From NCBI RefSeq assembly GCF_006345805.1, contig NC_042999.1, forward strand, positions 130,262,001-130,326,000: 64,000 bases of DNA. Direction: 5' to 3'. The position numbers and the translations under genes were made by a program. Of the stretch, positions 50,201-62,744 are shown piece by piece (the first letter of the stretch is position 1; every line of letters starts with the position of its first letter). The stretch is from Octopus sinensis. Its lineage: Eukaryota. The notes under the pieces were generated by a model that ran no database searches, had not been told where the DNA came from, and saw only the letters and a list, made by a program, of their open reading frames with translations.

Positions 50201-51358
50201 ACACACAAAACACAATCTGTCTCGTTGCATGTTTTTTCTGAAATAATCACTATAAACATGTGTTCGAAACACGATTTATATATCAAAGCAAAACAACCAT
50301 CTTCAAAGCACTGAGATGGGAACTTTAGACGCACTCGTTGTTTCTTATATTACGAGGCACGAATTTCTTTCAAGCATGTGGCAAATGGATACACATTATT
50401 AACAAATCCCAAGAAGGGGCAAACGCGTCTACCGTTCTATACGTTACTGCTGCGACGATATTGTTTTATTTCGATTTTTATCGTTTCACCAACACATCAA
50501 TGATGAGATTTTCTCTCAGACAAATACTACAGCAGCATGCTTTTCTACGGTGTATTATTTTATTCTTTTGTTTGTTTCAGTCATTTGACTGCGGTCATGC
50601 TGGAGCACTGCCTTTAGTCGAACAATACATTTAGTATGATTCACAGATGGCTATTTTAATCTAATGCTGTTTTTATATATGATTAAATACCATCTGTTTT
50701 ACACAAACACTACTGAATAGATACACTGTGCTCTTCTCTCTTCTGCAAACACAGAGATTTGCATACAATAATATAATAAATTCTTTTGACCAATATCTAA
50801 CATTTGAGAACGAGTAGCGTAAATGTAGATCGCTATTCATTTGAAATTACGTTACGTACCTGATGCAGCGAAACGATGGAAAATTAAAACAGAATATGAA
50901 AAGCCCAACGGAAAAACTAAAATCTATTGATATCACCAAGAAGAACATGGTGTTTTCCTAACGTTTACTGAATCTATTTATAGATTGCTTTATTGACTTT
51001 CCAAACATTAATTGTTACTGTCGCTGTAGGCTCTCTCTTACTCCACCTCCGCTCCTCCTCCTACTACTTTTGTTTTCAGTATCCTTTTCAAGTCTCGCAG
51101 CATTCGTTCTTGTATTACTAGTCTTTTTCTTCTTCTTACAATTGTTATTGCCCCTAGTACATAAAATATGAACTGTCAAAGAAGAGATGGAGGAAATCAA
51201 CGAATCGTTGAATGACTGCTTACCAAGATTCGTAACTGATCGTCTGCAGCAGTTCTTAAAACATTTCATAATGTATAATGGCGTTTGATGGTGCACTTGT
51301 AATCATTGTTTTGTAATTTCTTTTATGAAAGTCTCGTATTTGTGAAATTGTGTGTGGT

Positions 51359-51389
<31 letters not shown>

Positions 51390-51469
51390 AATATAGATAT
51401 ACACATTCTCGTATATATACAACTACATATTTATTTTCTGTAATCATAAAGCAATGAACAGATATCTTG

Positions 51470-52800
51470 GTAGATTATCATTGACTTAAAGAGGTACTGA
51501 TTTATATTGGTAGACGTCCTTCCATTTGAGGGAGAAGCGTTGCACATCACAACGCCCGGTTTAATATCATCACTGACCCACGGTGGTCCTTGACGGACTT
51601 CACTCTGTTGCAATCATTCGGACAAGGATCTTAGAGCTCTTAGCAGGAAGTTATCGTGACTTCACAACACATCGACACACGCTACACTTCCCGAGATACC
51701 ATAAGCGAAAACAGTTTTGTAATTCTACTTCATCTTCTCCATCATATATGGAATCCAGTCCAACCTGATACCCCACACCATGTCACCTCTCACTAAGACG
51801 CAAACTACACGTCTCTTCCTCATTGAGACTAAAACCTCTTAATCCTTACTCATGTCTGCTTTCCAGGCTACACTCTTCACTCAGAGACGAACCGTCTGTG
51901 GTTACTTAGTTTACACTTTCCACGAATCTCATTGATTCAATTTACTATGATTCTCGCACATAAAAATAAAACTCGGTGCCTTGTTATATAAATTACGTGT
52001 TGGATAGTAAACATCATGCCAACGTGTCTTCATGTTTGTTTGAGCGAGGATTGGATTTAGTGTCATGTGTTTGTTTGCTCAACAAAACTATCTTCATTGT
52101 ATTAAAGATTAAGTCGTTGAGTATTACACAGACACTTATTATTAATGTATTGTTTGGGTAGATTCAGCTGATAAAGTGATACAAACGATTCTTGGAATTA
52201 TGCGTACAAGGCACTTCAACGGACTTCCAACCGATATGTCAACCTAGTCTTCTTCACAAGACTTAGGTTGACTCCATTTCATCATAAAAGGTATCCGCTT
52301 CAGACATCGTACAATAGGATAAAACAAGAAGTATTCGAGAAGTGGGGCCATATGTTATAATTACTACTCATAAATCACATGCACAATAAATCACATGCAC
52401 AATAGCTTATTTTTCACTTCGAGACCTGCAACGAATTCTCCCTGCTACTTTTGCTCAAAGTACTCTCACCACCAGCACCTCCACATGAATCTACCAGTCT
52501 TCTAAAATCTTCCAATCACCTAAGTATGTTAAGCAAATAGCTTTGACTCTTGGTGCAATTGTCATCCATATTGCCACGTGGCGTAATATCGGACATAGCG
52601 TGCAATTAATGTCCATGCTGTCACATGATGCATTCACTGACCTGATGTAGCTGTAACTTAAGTTGCAACTATCATTTATACTGTTACGTGATCCTCTGAT
52701 TTCGTGACCGGCTTCAACCTAGTACCTCATCTTCAAACTGTACCTCATCTGATTGCAATTTGAACCATAATCCCACCATGAGAAGGAACAAATTATCAAA
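51470..52800 (-). mobile_element. Highly decayed RTE-like LINE fragment interrupted by the 51933-52405 repeat
   Basis: Minus-strand remnants ..TYLGD.., ..GRIRC.. and ..SLRVK.. occur in the expected RTE order on either side of the inserted segment. Confidence 0.4.
51933..52405 (+). repeat. ~470-bp unclassified repeat, copy 1
   Basis: Reverse-complement match to 54515-54976 with about 3 substitutions, a 16-bp tandem duplication in this copy and a 5-bp indel. Confidence 0.95.
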
Positions 52801-52818
52801 CTCTAATCAGGCGAGATA

Positions 52819-53132
52819 GGTGTGGGGTGCAATGGCCCAGTGATTAGGGCAGCGGACTCGCTGTCGGAGGATCGCGGTTTCGATTCCCAGACCAGGCGTT
52901 GTGTGTGTATTGAACGAAAACACCTAAAAGCTCCACGAGGATCCGGCAGGGGGTGGTGGCGACCCCTGTTGTACTCTTTCGCCCCAACTTTCTCTCACTC
53001 TCTCCTCCTGTTTCTTGAGTAACGCTGCGATGGACTGGTGTCCTGTCTAGCTGGGTGGAACACATACGCTACAGAAACCGGAAAACCGGGCCAATGAGCC
53101 TGGCTAGGCTTGAAAAGGGCGACGTTTATCGT
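52819..53132 (+). mobile_element. SINE family C variant
   Basis: A/B boxes; perfect 15-bp TSD taatcaggcgagata at 52804-52818 / 53133-53147. Confidence 0.9.
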
Positions 53133-54193
53133 TAATCAGGCGAGATAAATACAGCATATCTCCCAAGTCCTTACATCTCATCCTACTTCTGAAAAATCTT
53201 GATACTGTGAATCCGAATTAATAAACAAAAATATTTGCAAGGGCGCCAAGAGTATGTTCAATCATTCAGAGAGAAGATTTATATGATAAAATTCTTTCAG
53301 TTTTACATTTGTAAAAGTGATGTTGAAAACGTGTGCGTATGTGTGTGTGTGTGCGCGCGCGCACAACAAGAGAGGGAGAATAGAAGAAAGGAGATGGAGG
53401 AGTAGGAAGAGGAAAAGATTTTGAAAAGTAGGCACAAACTCTGTATATATGCGAATATGTATGTGCCTATATGTTTCTTCTACGTTTTTAATTATTATAA
53501 ATCTTCCACTGTATGTGCATACAGCTAGCGCGTTCTCTTCTCATTTCCAAAAAGTTTCGGTATAATGAGCAAAATTCTTGTCTTTGTGACCCCTAGCGAT
53601 CGAGTTCCCTTGAAAGCTTCTCATGCACAAAAGTACATAGGTCCTATCAATGCACCGTTTCGGCTAAAAAAAAAAACACACACGCAAGATACACAAAACA
53701 AGACAAACATAAATTGAATTTTAGTATTATTTAGATGATGTTCTATACAAATATTTAGTTTAGTTTGCTTGATTAACGAGTAAATCATTTCACTGAATGA
53801 ATCTAATTTTGATCAACGTTTCAAAGAGTGCTAAATAATACTAACAGTAATGACATCCATAGATTATGTGTTGGTCAAAGATAGGGAAGAATAAGAAAAT
53901 AAGTCTTTGAATGATTAATCATATGGATAAAAGAATAGAGCTGCTACAGAAAGCCTGAAAGAATACTCTTGAAAGAAGTAAAAATTTATCAGAATCTGGT
54001 CGATCGTGAAACTAGTAAAACTTGCTCAAGATAACAGAAAATAGAGTAAATTTTGCATGTTGTCTTATGGTAAAAAGAAAGCTAGTACAGAAATATTTTC
54101 AGTATCAACAGAAATATCTTGAAATAAAAGTTTGATGCAGATTAGACGATTACTCAATGAGACAGTTGTAAAAAGTTAGTATCTTTTATTGTT

Positions 54194-54502
54194 GTGGAAG
54201 CGCAATGGCCCAGTAGTTTGTTCAGCGGACTCGCGGTCGGAGGATCGCGGTTTCAATTCCCAGACCGGGCGTCGTGTGTGTTTATCGAGCGAAAACCCCT
54301 AAAGCTCCCCGAGGCTCCGGCAGGGGATGGTGGTGACCTCTGTTGTACTCTTTCGCCCCAGCTTCCTCTCACTCTTTCTTCCTGTTTCTTGAATAACGCT
54401 GCGATGGACTGGCGTCCCGTCCAGCTGGGGGGAACACATGCTCCACAGAAACCGGAAAACCGGACCCATGAGCCTGGCTAGGCTTAAAAAAAGAAAAACA
54501 AA
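54194..54502 (+). mobile_element. SINE family C variant
   Basis: A/B boxes, A-rich tail; 10-bp TSD ttttattgtt at 54184-54193 / 54503-54512. Confidence 0.9.
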
Positions 54503-54514
54503 TTTTATTGTTAA

Positions 54515-54976
54515 CTATTGTGCATGTGATTTATGAGTAGTAATTATAACATATGGCGCCACTTCTCAATTAGAATACTTCTTGTTTTATCCTATTGTAC
54601 GATGTCTGAAGCGGATACCTTTTATGATGAAATGGAGTCAACCTAAGTCTTGTGAAGAAGACTAGGTTGACATATCGGTTGGAAGTCCGTTGAAGTGCCT
54701 TGTACGCATAATTCCAAGAATCGTTTGTATCACTTTATCAGCTGAATCTACCCAAACAATACATTAATAATAAGTGTCTGTGAAATACTCAACGACTTAA
54801 TCTTTAATACAATGAAGATAGTTTTGTTGAGCAAACAAACACATGACACTAAATCCAATCCTCGCTCAAACAAACATGAAGACACGTTGGCATGATGTAT
54901 ACTATCCAACACGTAATTTATATAACAAGGCACCGAGTTTTATTTTTATGTGCGAGAATCATAGTAAATTGAATCA
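54515..54976 (-). repeat. ~460-bp unclassified repeat, copy 2 (inverted)
   Basis: See copy 1. Begins 2 nt after the TSD of the SINE at 54194-54502. Confidence 0.95.
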
Positions 54977-56090
54977 TCCCTAGCTTTTTCTTTTATTTTT
55001 ATTTTATATATTTTTTTTTTATTTTATATTTTTTTAGCGATTATTGTCAGATGGAAGAAGAAATCGATTGACACTAGTATGATTTGCATTCGATAAGTCT
55101 GGCGATGACTGTTCAGATATTGTGGAGTATCCAATCTGACGCTGTATTATTTTATCTATTATATATATTATCATGTCTAGTTGTCTTTTGATTGTTAAGA
55201 ATTTTTTTTTTAGTCTAGTTTCTATTAATCTTGCTGTTCTACTATTAGTTAATGTATCGGCAGACAAATGTCTCTTTATTCATTTTCCCTCTACCCTTTA
55301 CCTCTCAAGCGCACATTTGTGTCTTCTTGGAGAAATGCTCTTACTTTGTCTCAATACGTCAGTGTCATATCTTCTGATGTGTTATTTTGAATAGTATCAA
55401 TTGCCTATAACAGGTAACATTAATTGTACAGAAATAGTAAATATAAAGAAAAACAATTTCACAAAAATAGAAACCATATACTTGATTGTGAAGTATATTT
55501 GCCACCTAAATGTGGCTAACCCTTAAGGGTCGATGCTACTGTAGCTTGTAGTCCCAGGAGGACATCTCCTCCAGCTGGCTATTAACACACTACCTGTGCT
55601 CTCTCAGTATTTGCAAATACTCAGAAACCCGGGTCCGTGGGTATCACGTCAGGCTGGAGGTGGGAATGATGACATCCCTTTGCAAATACTGATAGGGCAC
55701 AGATAGTGTATCAATGAAATTCTTCATGCTTTCTTCTATCATTGAAGCTAAGATAAATATATTTTGCTTTTAAGATAAAAAAAAGAAGTTATTTCGATCT
55801 AAACTTGATTGGTGGCGTTACTTTCACTCGTATAACGTTGAAACAAATTTTGATGTAAACTTTTTTCTACTGGATCAAATCTCAATTTTTTATGCCAAAG
55901 TGTAGCTACGGACCAGTTCTCTTCAAAAATGTTAAGTTTTCAATTTGGTTAATAACTGAATTAGCGACAAGCTCTGAAAGACGCTGCGTGTGAGTAAATT
56001 GTGGCCTTAAGAATATTATTCAACTACTATCGTAGTTGAGTGATTCGTACACATACGTAGCTGTCTATATATCTGTATATTGGCATGCAT

Positions 56091-56180
<90 letters not shown>

Positions 56181-56370
56181 TATATATCTGCTTTGGGAAA
56201 TCATGCTGCCAATTAAAATACACGCGCTGATTGTAAATTAATTGGTTTGTCATAATCTACACCACCACAATATCAAAATACAAAATATTCTCAGTGTTTA
56301 AATAGTGATGCTGAACTTTGTGTAAAATTATTTCACACGAAGTGAAAGTGCTGTAGGAATGATATTGGAG

Positions 56371-56449
56371 ATTGCAGGGGTGTTATTCTGAATATCATGT
56401 AAGGAATTGCAGGGGTGTTATTCTGAATATCATGTAAGGAATTGCAGGG
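56371..56449. repeat. 35-bp tandem repeat, 2.25 copies
   Basis: attgcaggggtgttattctgaatatcatgtaagga twice, plus attgcaggg; no spacers. Confidence 0.95.
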
Positions 56450-56738
56450 TTTAAACATGATAAAGTATTAGATGATGATGGAAGTTCAATGTAAGTGATC
56501 AGCGCAATAAAAGTGAGTTTTGGAGCCAGTTATGAGCTTGCTGTTGGAATGAAAGGATAAATGTAACATACTGAGCATAAATATTTTAAACGTACCGTGC
56601 AGAGAATTGCAGGATGGTGCAACAAAGCGTAGCTACTGTTTAGTACCAGTTCAGTCTGCTCAAGCAAATCTATGATGAAATCGTTCCACCTATGACCATC
56701 CTATCTTATTTACAGAAAACGTATGCATTCTGTATTAA

Positions 56739-56884
56739 TAGTTATCGCCAAGCTAACATGGCGGTCCAGAAAAATAGGACGAATGCTGCCGTTGATTAGC
56801 TCCAAGAGGCCATCGCCTCTAGCTAGCTATGTGACACACGAACACGGGATATTCTGGACTGCCATATTAGCTTGGCGATAACTA
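56739..56884. mobile_element. MITE with TAG...CTA termini and TTAA flanks (Academ-like)
   Basis: 33-bp TIRs with 2 mismatches (tagttatcgccaagctaacatggcggtccagaa / ttctggactgccatattagcttggcgataacta); TTAA on both sides. Confidence 0.75.
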
Positions 56885-57802
56885 TTAATATCCAGTACCG
56901 CTGCCGTAGTCTCCTTTAGAGAGACTTAGAAATATTAATATTTCTATTATGTATGCATTGTGTTCTTCCTTTGTTTGAATGGCAGTATAGCTGTTATTTC
57001 TACCAGGCTTGTCTTACCGAGCATGTTGAAGTTAGTTACGTGCTATTTGTTACTGATGTTCAATACCAGATCAAAATGTTTAAGAATACGATCAACGGCA
57101 TTCCAACCGTGACCATCCTATTTTTTCAGAGACTTTCAGGACTACATCATCCAACGTGTTCTCTTATTTTAAGGTGGTAGAATTTAAGGGAAATTTCGCT
57201 GCTATTTCTAGCAAGTCTTGCGACTGCATAAAGGCTTTTTTCGTTGCATCATCTGGAGGCACACAGAAATTGACTTGTACCTTTAACCTTTTGTTTATAG
57301 TCGATCTTAATTACAAATATATCCCATTGAGATATTTAGTTGATTAGCTTAGTGATTAATGCGATAAAGCAATAAATCGTTTCACTAATTAAACCTAGTT
57401 GTGATCAACGCTTGAAAATGATGTCTTCACTAATGTATTGAGATATCAAGAAGACGAAGTCTTAATGGAAATTATATGAAAAACGAAACTGAATTCCCAA
57501 AGGGAATCTGTTGGCAACTCGTTATAAAACTAACTAAACGTATAAGGAAAAATAGAGGTTTGCTTTGAATGTAGGGCACAAGAATTAAAATTTTTTTTTG
57601 TTATAGAAGGGTTGAATTGAACCTAATATTTCTTGGGTTCTAATCTTATCAATTCAAGATTGGTGAAACTAAAGTCGATTATTGATAAAGTTTAAAATCA
57701 TATTTCGGTACAGTACAGAACTAGATACTGTAAAGTAGCCATTTGACTGTGAATTATATTGTGATTCAGGTTCTGCGCTCGAAGACAGTACCTCACCAGT
57801 AA

Positions 57803-57990
57803 TAATGGTTTCAAATTTTGGCACAAGATCAGCAATTTCAGGGAAGGGGCTTAGTCGATTACATCAACCCAGTACTCAGCTGGTACTTATTTTATCGACC
57901 CCTTAAGAATTTGAACTCAGAACGTACAGACGGACGAAATGCCGCTAACCATTTTGCCTGGTGTGCTAACGATTCTGCCAGCTCACCGAC
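57803..57990 (-). mobile_element. SINE family A copy with internal deletion
   Basis: Head and tail present; the gactttgcctttcatcc segment is missing. Confidence 0.75.
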
Positions 57991-58099
57991 TTTAATACTG
58001 TTTTCTTTATTGGCCACATAGGCCTACACAGAACACACAGGGACGCAAATACAATTCACAAACGGAAGGGATTACCGTGTAAACATAAAACAATATCAA

Positions 58100-58760
58100 A
58101 ACAAAAACAATAAAATTAAACAATTACAATTCCCCTATAGGTGGGGAGGACTTCCAAGAGAAAACCATGCAAACCTCACAGAAAATTATGGTTTCTTTGA
58201 CCACTAACTTAGGCAAGTGCTTTCTCTCTTTCTTACTCCATTCAGGAGCACATGCTCAGAGCAGGCCCGTTCACACGAACTATGCTCGCCACACTCATCC
58301 ATCTTTCAATAAATTTGCTACAAGGGAGCACCTCCCTCCCCACTCTGATCCGCCTCTTCAAGTGGAACCGGAAAAATTGATCAGAGATTCGCTAGAGAGG
58401 AAAGTCCCCGTCTTCAGCACTTTCAGTCTTGTCTACCACATAAACCTCTTTCGCCATGGCCATCAGGCAGATGAAAACTGCCCGGCCTTCCCGACCAAAG
58501 GAAGAGGGTGGAGCAATCTTAACAATAGATTCGATTGAAAGCCAGATCCATACGACATGCGACAGAAAGTGCTTGACATAATCCCACACGTCAGAAATTG
58601 TCGGGCACTGGACGAGTGCATGCAGAACGGTTTCATCGCTCGGCACACATCTCGGGTTTACTTGGTACAGCACGCATATTGCGTAAAGTACTGTCTGAGG
58701 TCCTTGTTGTGACTTGACAGACAGTACAAACCCCAGTAGATACAATATCTTCAATCAACA
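58100..58760 (-). mobile_element. L1/Tx1-clade LINE 3' fragment
   Basis: ..PRCVPSDETVLHALVQCP.. (C-terminal Zn-knuckle-like C..ET..H....C), ..GRAVFICLMAMAKEV..KT; T-rich 3' UTR downstream. Confidence 0.75.
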
Positions 58761-58814
58761 ACATCACTATATTGGATACTGTGTGACCTCTTTAAAAATA
58801 ATAATAATGATAAT

Positions 58815-59012
58815 AATAATAATAATGATAATACCAGAGGCACAAGGCTAGAAATTTTGGGGGAAGGAGCCAGTTGCTTAAATCGACCCCGGTGCATAAC
58901 TGGTACTTATTTTATTGACTCCGGATGGATGAAAGGCAACGTGACCTCGGCGGAATTCGAACTTTCACCATAAAGACAGGCAAAATACCGCTAAGCATTG
59001 TCCAGCGTGCTA
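58815..59012 (-). mobile_element. SINE family A copy
   Basis: (ATT)n tail at 58800-58832 and reverse-complement central domain. Confidence 0.75.
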
Positions 59013-59584
59013 GCAATAACAACTGCACATTTCATATAGGTTAAATGTAATCCTGATTTTATCCTTATTACTAATAACCCAAACTCCATTAGTATTTACA
59101 TTGTGATCGTGGTTTACTTCCGTCATTAATTATAGTGTGATCCAGGTTCTACACTATCATTATCTGCATTGTGGAAGCTCTCAGCTGTCACTGTTATGTT
59201 CCAAATTCTGTCCCTATCTATCATTGACTACACTGCTTGGACAACTCTGCTCCATTTAATTGTACATTGATCCACTTTCTTCCCCAGCATATTGTATCCA
59301 GAGTTAAGCCTTCAGACAAGCAAAATTAATCTGTAAGTCTCAGGTTTCGATTATTTTGAAGTTATACATTTTATAGCAAAGACATCACCCGTTCAGCACA
59401 AGTCTTCTGCATACTAAAAGCCAGTTTATGTAAATATAAGGTTGGGGCAATTTTATTTAAAATTTTAAGTTTGAAAAATGTAATTTAAATATATATTTCT
59501 ATTGTGATTGATAGAGAACTTTGTTCATCCAAATATGTTGTATTGTTGAATTTATTGAGTATTGTTATTTATCTTCTTACTTAG

Positions 59585-59762
59585 AGACAAGTCGGGTTTG
59601 ATGAATTGGGCCGTCCAGTTATCTATTCCAGTTTCATACAGACAACCGCACGGAAAATCACAGTCGAAGATTCTATCAGACATGTGACGTACCTTATTGA
59701 AAATGCCAAAGTAACAATGAGACCTGGTGTTACCACGTGGGTGTTCATCATTGATTGCACAG
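59585..59762 (+). CDS. Sec14/CRAL-TRIO domain protein, coding exon B
   Basis: Acceptor tttatcttcttacttAG, phase 0 matches exon A. Encodes RQVGFDELGRPVIYSSFIQTTARKITVEDSIRHVTYLIENAKVTMRPGVTTWVFIIDCT(G); GFD..GRPV.Y and W.F.IDC.G are Sec14-domain motifs. Donor GTATGA at 59763 (phase 1). Confidence 0.93.
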
Positions 59763-62109
59763 GTATGACTCTTTATGCTTAGTTTCATGCACACGATGAT
59801 AATTATGATAGCTATAATAGTAGTGAAAATACTGACGATTTAACGACACACATTCGAACATATATTCATGCGTGAACGCAACCTCTCATATTTTCTGACA
59901 TGAGCACATAATCCTCTCAAGTATTTATTTATTTCATACAATCACATAAACATACATCTGTACACAAACATTTAAAGAACATTTTTCCTTCTCACACCCT
60001 CCTAATCATTCTCTCATTCCTTCGATAAACAAATAGATCCCTTAAATCCGAGCTCGTACATAATGCTGTTGACTTTCAATTTATATAGTTTGCTTTATCG
60101 ATTTTTTTTCATTCATTCCACAAAGAATTCAATGAATTTATGTTAAGCTCTGATTTTGTCATCAGATATTATTGATTTTTTTTTATCGATTATTATCTTG
60201 ATTGTTTCGTTATTATTTCTTCTGTCAAGATTATTTTTGTTGTTCACCTTCATTGTATATTAGAAGTTGTAAATTTGAGATAATGTTCGACTATTTTAAG
60301 AAAAATGTGTCAACATACACATGTATCCCACAAGCTGCAAATATTCACTCAAGCAACTTAAGAGTGGAGATACTCCAACGAATTTCAAATATTCAGAAAA
60401 TTTCAACCAATTCGATAAGAGATACAGTCCAATTTGATCTGCTAGAACATTGGTTACTAAAAAATATATATCTGCAATTGAGAAAAGACCGACTCTGCAC
60501 AAGGCATATGACAAGATACAGTATCCTTGGCTAAACACTTAACTCTTACCGTTCTAGCAGCACCTCGGAATAGATACAACACACTGTTGTAAATTGTTTC
60601 ATCTGTTTCTAGAGCCAAGTTCTTGTCCTAAAGTGACAAGAAAACATTCCGGCATATTCTTCCATGAAAAGACTGCATCATCAGTTGTCACCATGGTTCA
60701 ATGTCCTTTTTTTTAAAAAATGCAATATTTATTTGAGGATATTTTCATTCCCCTTTATATAAGTCTGATTATTTTACCTCAATGTTTTCAATAATGAGAA
60801 TAAAATATATTCATGAAATTTATCTACAGTTTGGATTAGACCCCCATTGACTGACTCAAGAACATAACCAATGATGGTTATATATATTACTGATGGTCTA
60901 GTTTTCATAATTACCATAAATCCTTAAGTATAATCCACATTTTTTCCCCAAAATTTAAAGGTCAAAATCCCTAGTGCGTACTATATGCGAGGTTAAAAAT
61001 GAAGAATATTTTCAAAGCAATGTCCAAGTCTCTATTTGCTGTCCGGCAATGTTTATTCAGCCGCATTTTGTGATGTTGGGTGTGAAAATGCCTTAAGCTA
61101 AGCCTGAAAGCAATGGAGGAATAAAAGAATCATCCATAACTTGCAGAAAGCAACATTTATAAAAGTATTCAGAACACAGAATAACATGTAACAAAAACAA
61201 TTTGCAAACATATTTACATTCCCATATAACAGTTGAGAACATCACCATTATTGTATTATGCATGTGCGAAAGTGTTTGTTCGACTAGGTGCTGCTGGCTT
61301 AATTACGCACGACTCCAGTTAGAGAAGAAGTGTGTATTATACACAAGGTTTAGGTTTTACAGAGGTACAGCCCCCTAAAAATCCCCTGCGTATTATACTC
61401 AAGGGCGGACTATACTCGAAGATTTACAGTATATAGTCCAATTTCAGTTCATGATTATCTAAATAGATGTGGAATGTTGATGAGACAAACATATTTAAGA
61501 GATTGATAGAGAAGAAGCAGATCAGTATAAGTGCTGTAAAATATGTCCCCTTCAGGTTGAGTTCATAATGTTTCTTCTTTATTTGCATAGCTAATAATAT
61601 TTGCAGAGATACAACTCTTTTCATTCCACCAGATGTAAATCAGCGTAATAATTAATCCAGTGATAGGTATCTCTGATTATGATTAGGCAAATAAACAAGA
61701 AGCATATTTAGTATGACTAATTGTTTCAAAGATTACATATTAATCTCAGCTTCGTTAATAACACAGCCAAAACTTCCCAGTTTCACTGATCCATTTAAAT
61801 AACCATTTTTAGATAATTTTGCAAGAGTACCCAACAGTTAATAATTCAGTGTGCCCAATTACCATAGTTTTGGTACCTCAGTTGCTTTTGTTTCATTGTC
61901 ATCTCACTGTCAGTGTCTATAGATATTACTCTGATTTTAAATAAACTCTCAAACCAGAATAACATTTCCATAAAATTCTCTTTATGTTCAGTTAATTGGC
62001 TATCCTTTACAGACAAAAATATTTCTATAAAATATTAATGAGTTTGAATGTAAGATAATTAAAATTGAGAAATATAATTCTAACTATAATTTGCCTTTTT
62101 TCACTTCAG

Positions 62110-62744
62110 GCTTGAGACTTCCTTTATGCAACCCACGCCTCGGTTATGGTGTTACTCAGATCATGTCCAACCACTATCCCGAACGTCTCGGCATGGTGAT
62201 ATGCCTTAACCACAGTCCAGTCTTCCAGGGCGTATGGAGAGCTATAAAAGCCTTCTTACATCCAAATACTGTAGCCAAGATGCTCCTCATTCGCTCTAGA
62301 AGCAAGGTACAGCAAACGTTCAGTAAATATTTCTCCCCTGAACTTACTCAATGGCTTCTCGAAGAAATTCGACTCAACAAACAAAAGCCATTTCCAGTTT
62401 CACAAAAGACATTTTGGAATAAACCTGCCAAAAATGGTGATCACGACCCAAGAGGCTGTGCATCCTATGTTGCTAACTTCATTGAACCTTACTCAGAGAA
62501 AAGCCTCATATTAATTCCTGGCTTTCACAAACCACATCCTACTATTTTAGACAGCATCCGGGGCGTGTTGGATTCAGATAAAGAAGCTTCTTTAGATTCA
62601 TCAGAACTCGAGTCAAATTCACCGTTACCTGCTGATGAGGAAGATACCTTATTATACAGTGACGATGAACTTTCAAATGTGGCTGATATCACTATTGATG
62701 AAGAATTTCAAATTCCTAAAGATTCAATTCCTATAAGATCTTAA
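62110..62744 (+). CDS. Sec14/CRAL-TRIO domain protein, terminal coding exon C
   Basis: Acceptor gcctttttttcacttcAG, phase 1 completes Gly. Encodes ...QIMSNHYPERLGMVICLNHSPVFQGVWRAIKAFLHPNTVAKM... (HYPERLG and F...W..IK.FL...T..K are the CRAL-TRIO core), then an acidic tail; stop TAA ends at 62744. Confidence 0.95.

Noticed and set aside
51015-51296. 93-aa minus-strand ORF and a short plus-strand MEEINESLNDCLPRF.. frame
   Set aside because: Low-complexity or short, with flanking stops and no consistent splice sites; no homology recognised.
52821-52895. tRNA-like A/B boxes at SINE heads (also 22245 and 54194)
   Set aside because: They continue into SINE bodies with TSDs and form no complete cloverleaf; not tRNA genes.
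56371-56449. 35-bp repeats resembling CRISPR repeat length
   Set aside because: Head-to-tail with no spacers, in a eukaryotic context; a simple tandem duplication.
62091-62109. ORF-track start 'MPFFTS' for the 217-aa ORF
   Set aside because: It begins at a non-ATG codon inside the polypyrimidine tract; the real entry is the splice acceptor at 62109/62110.
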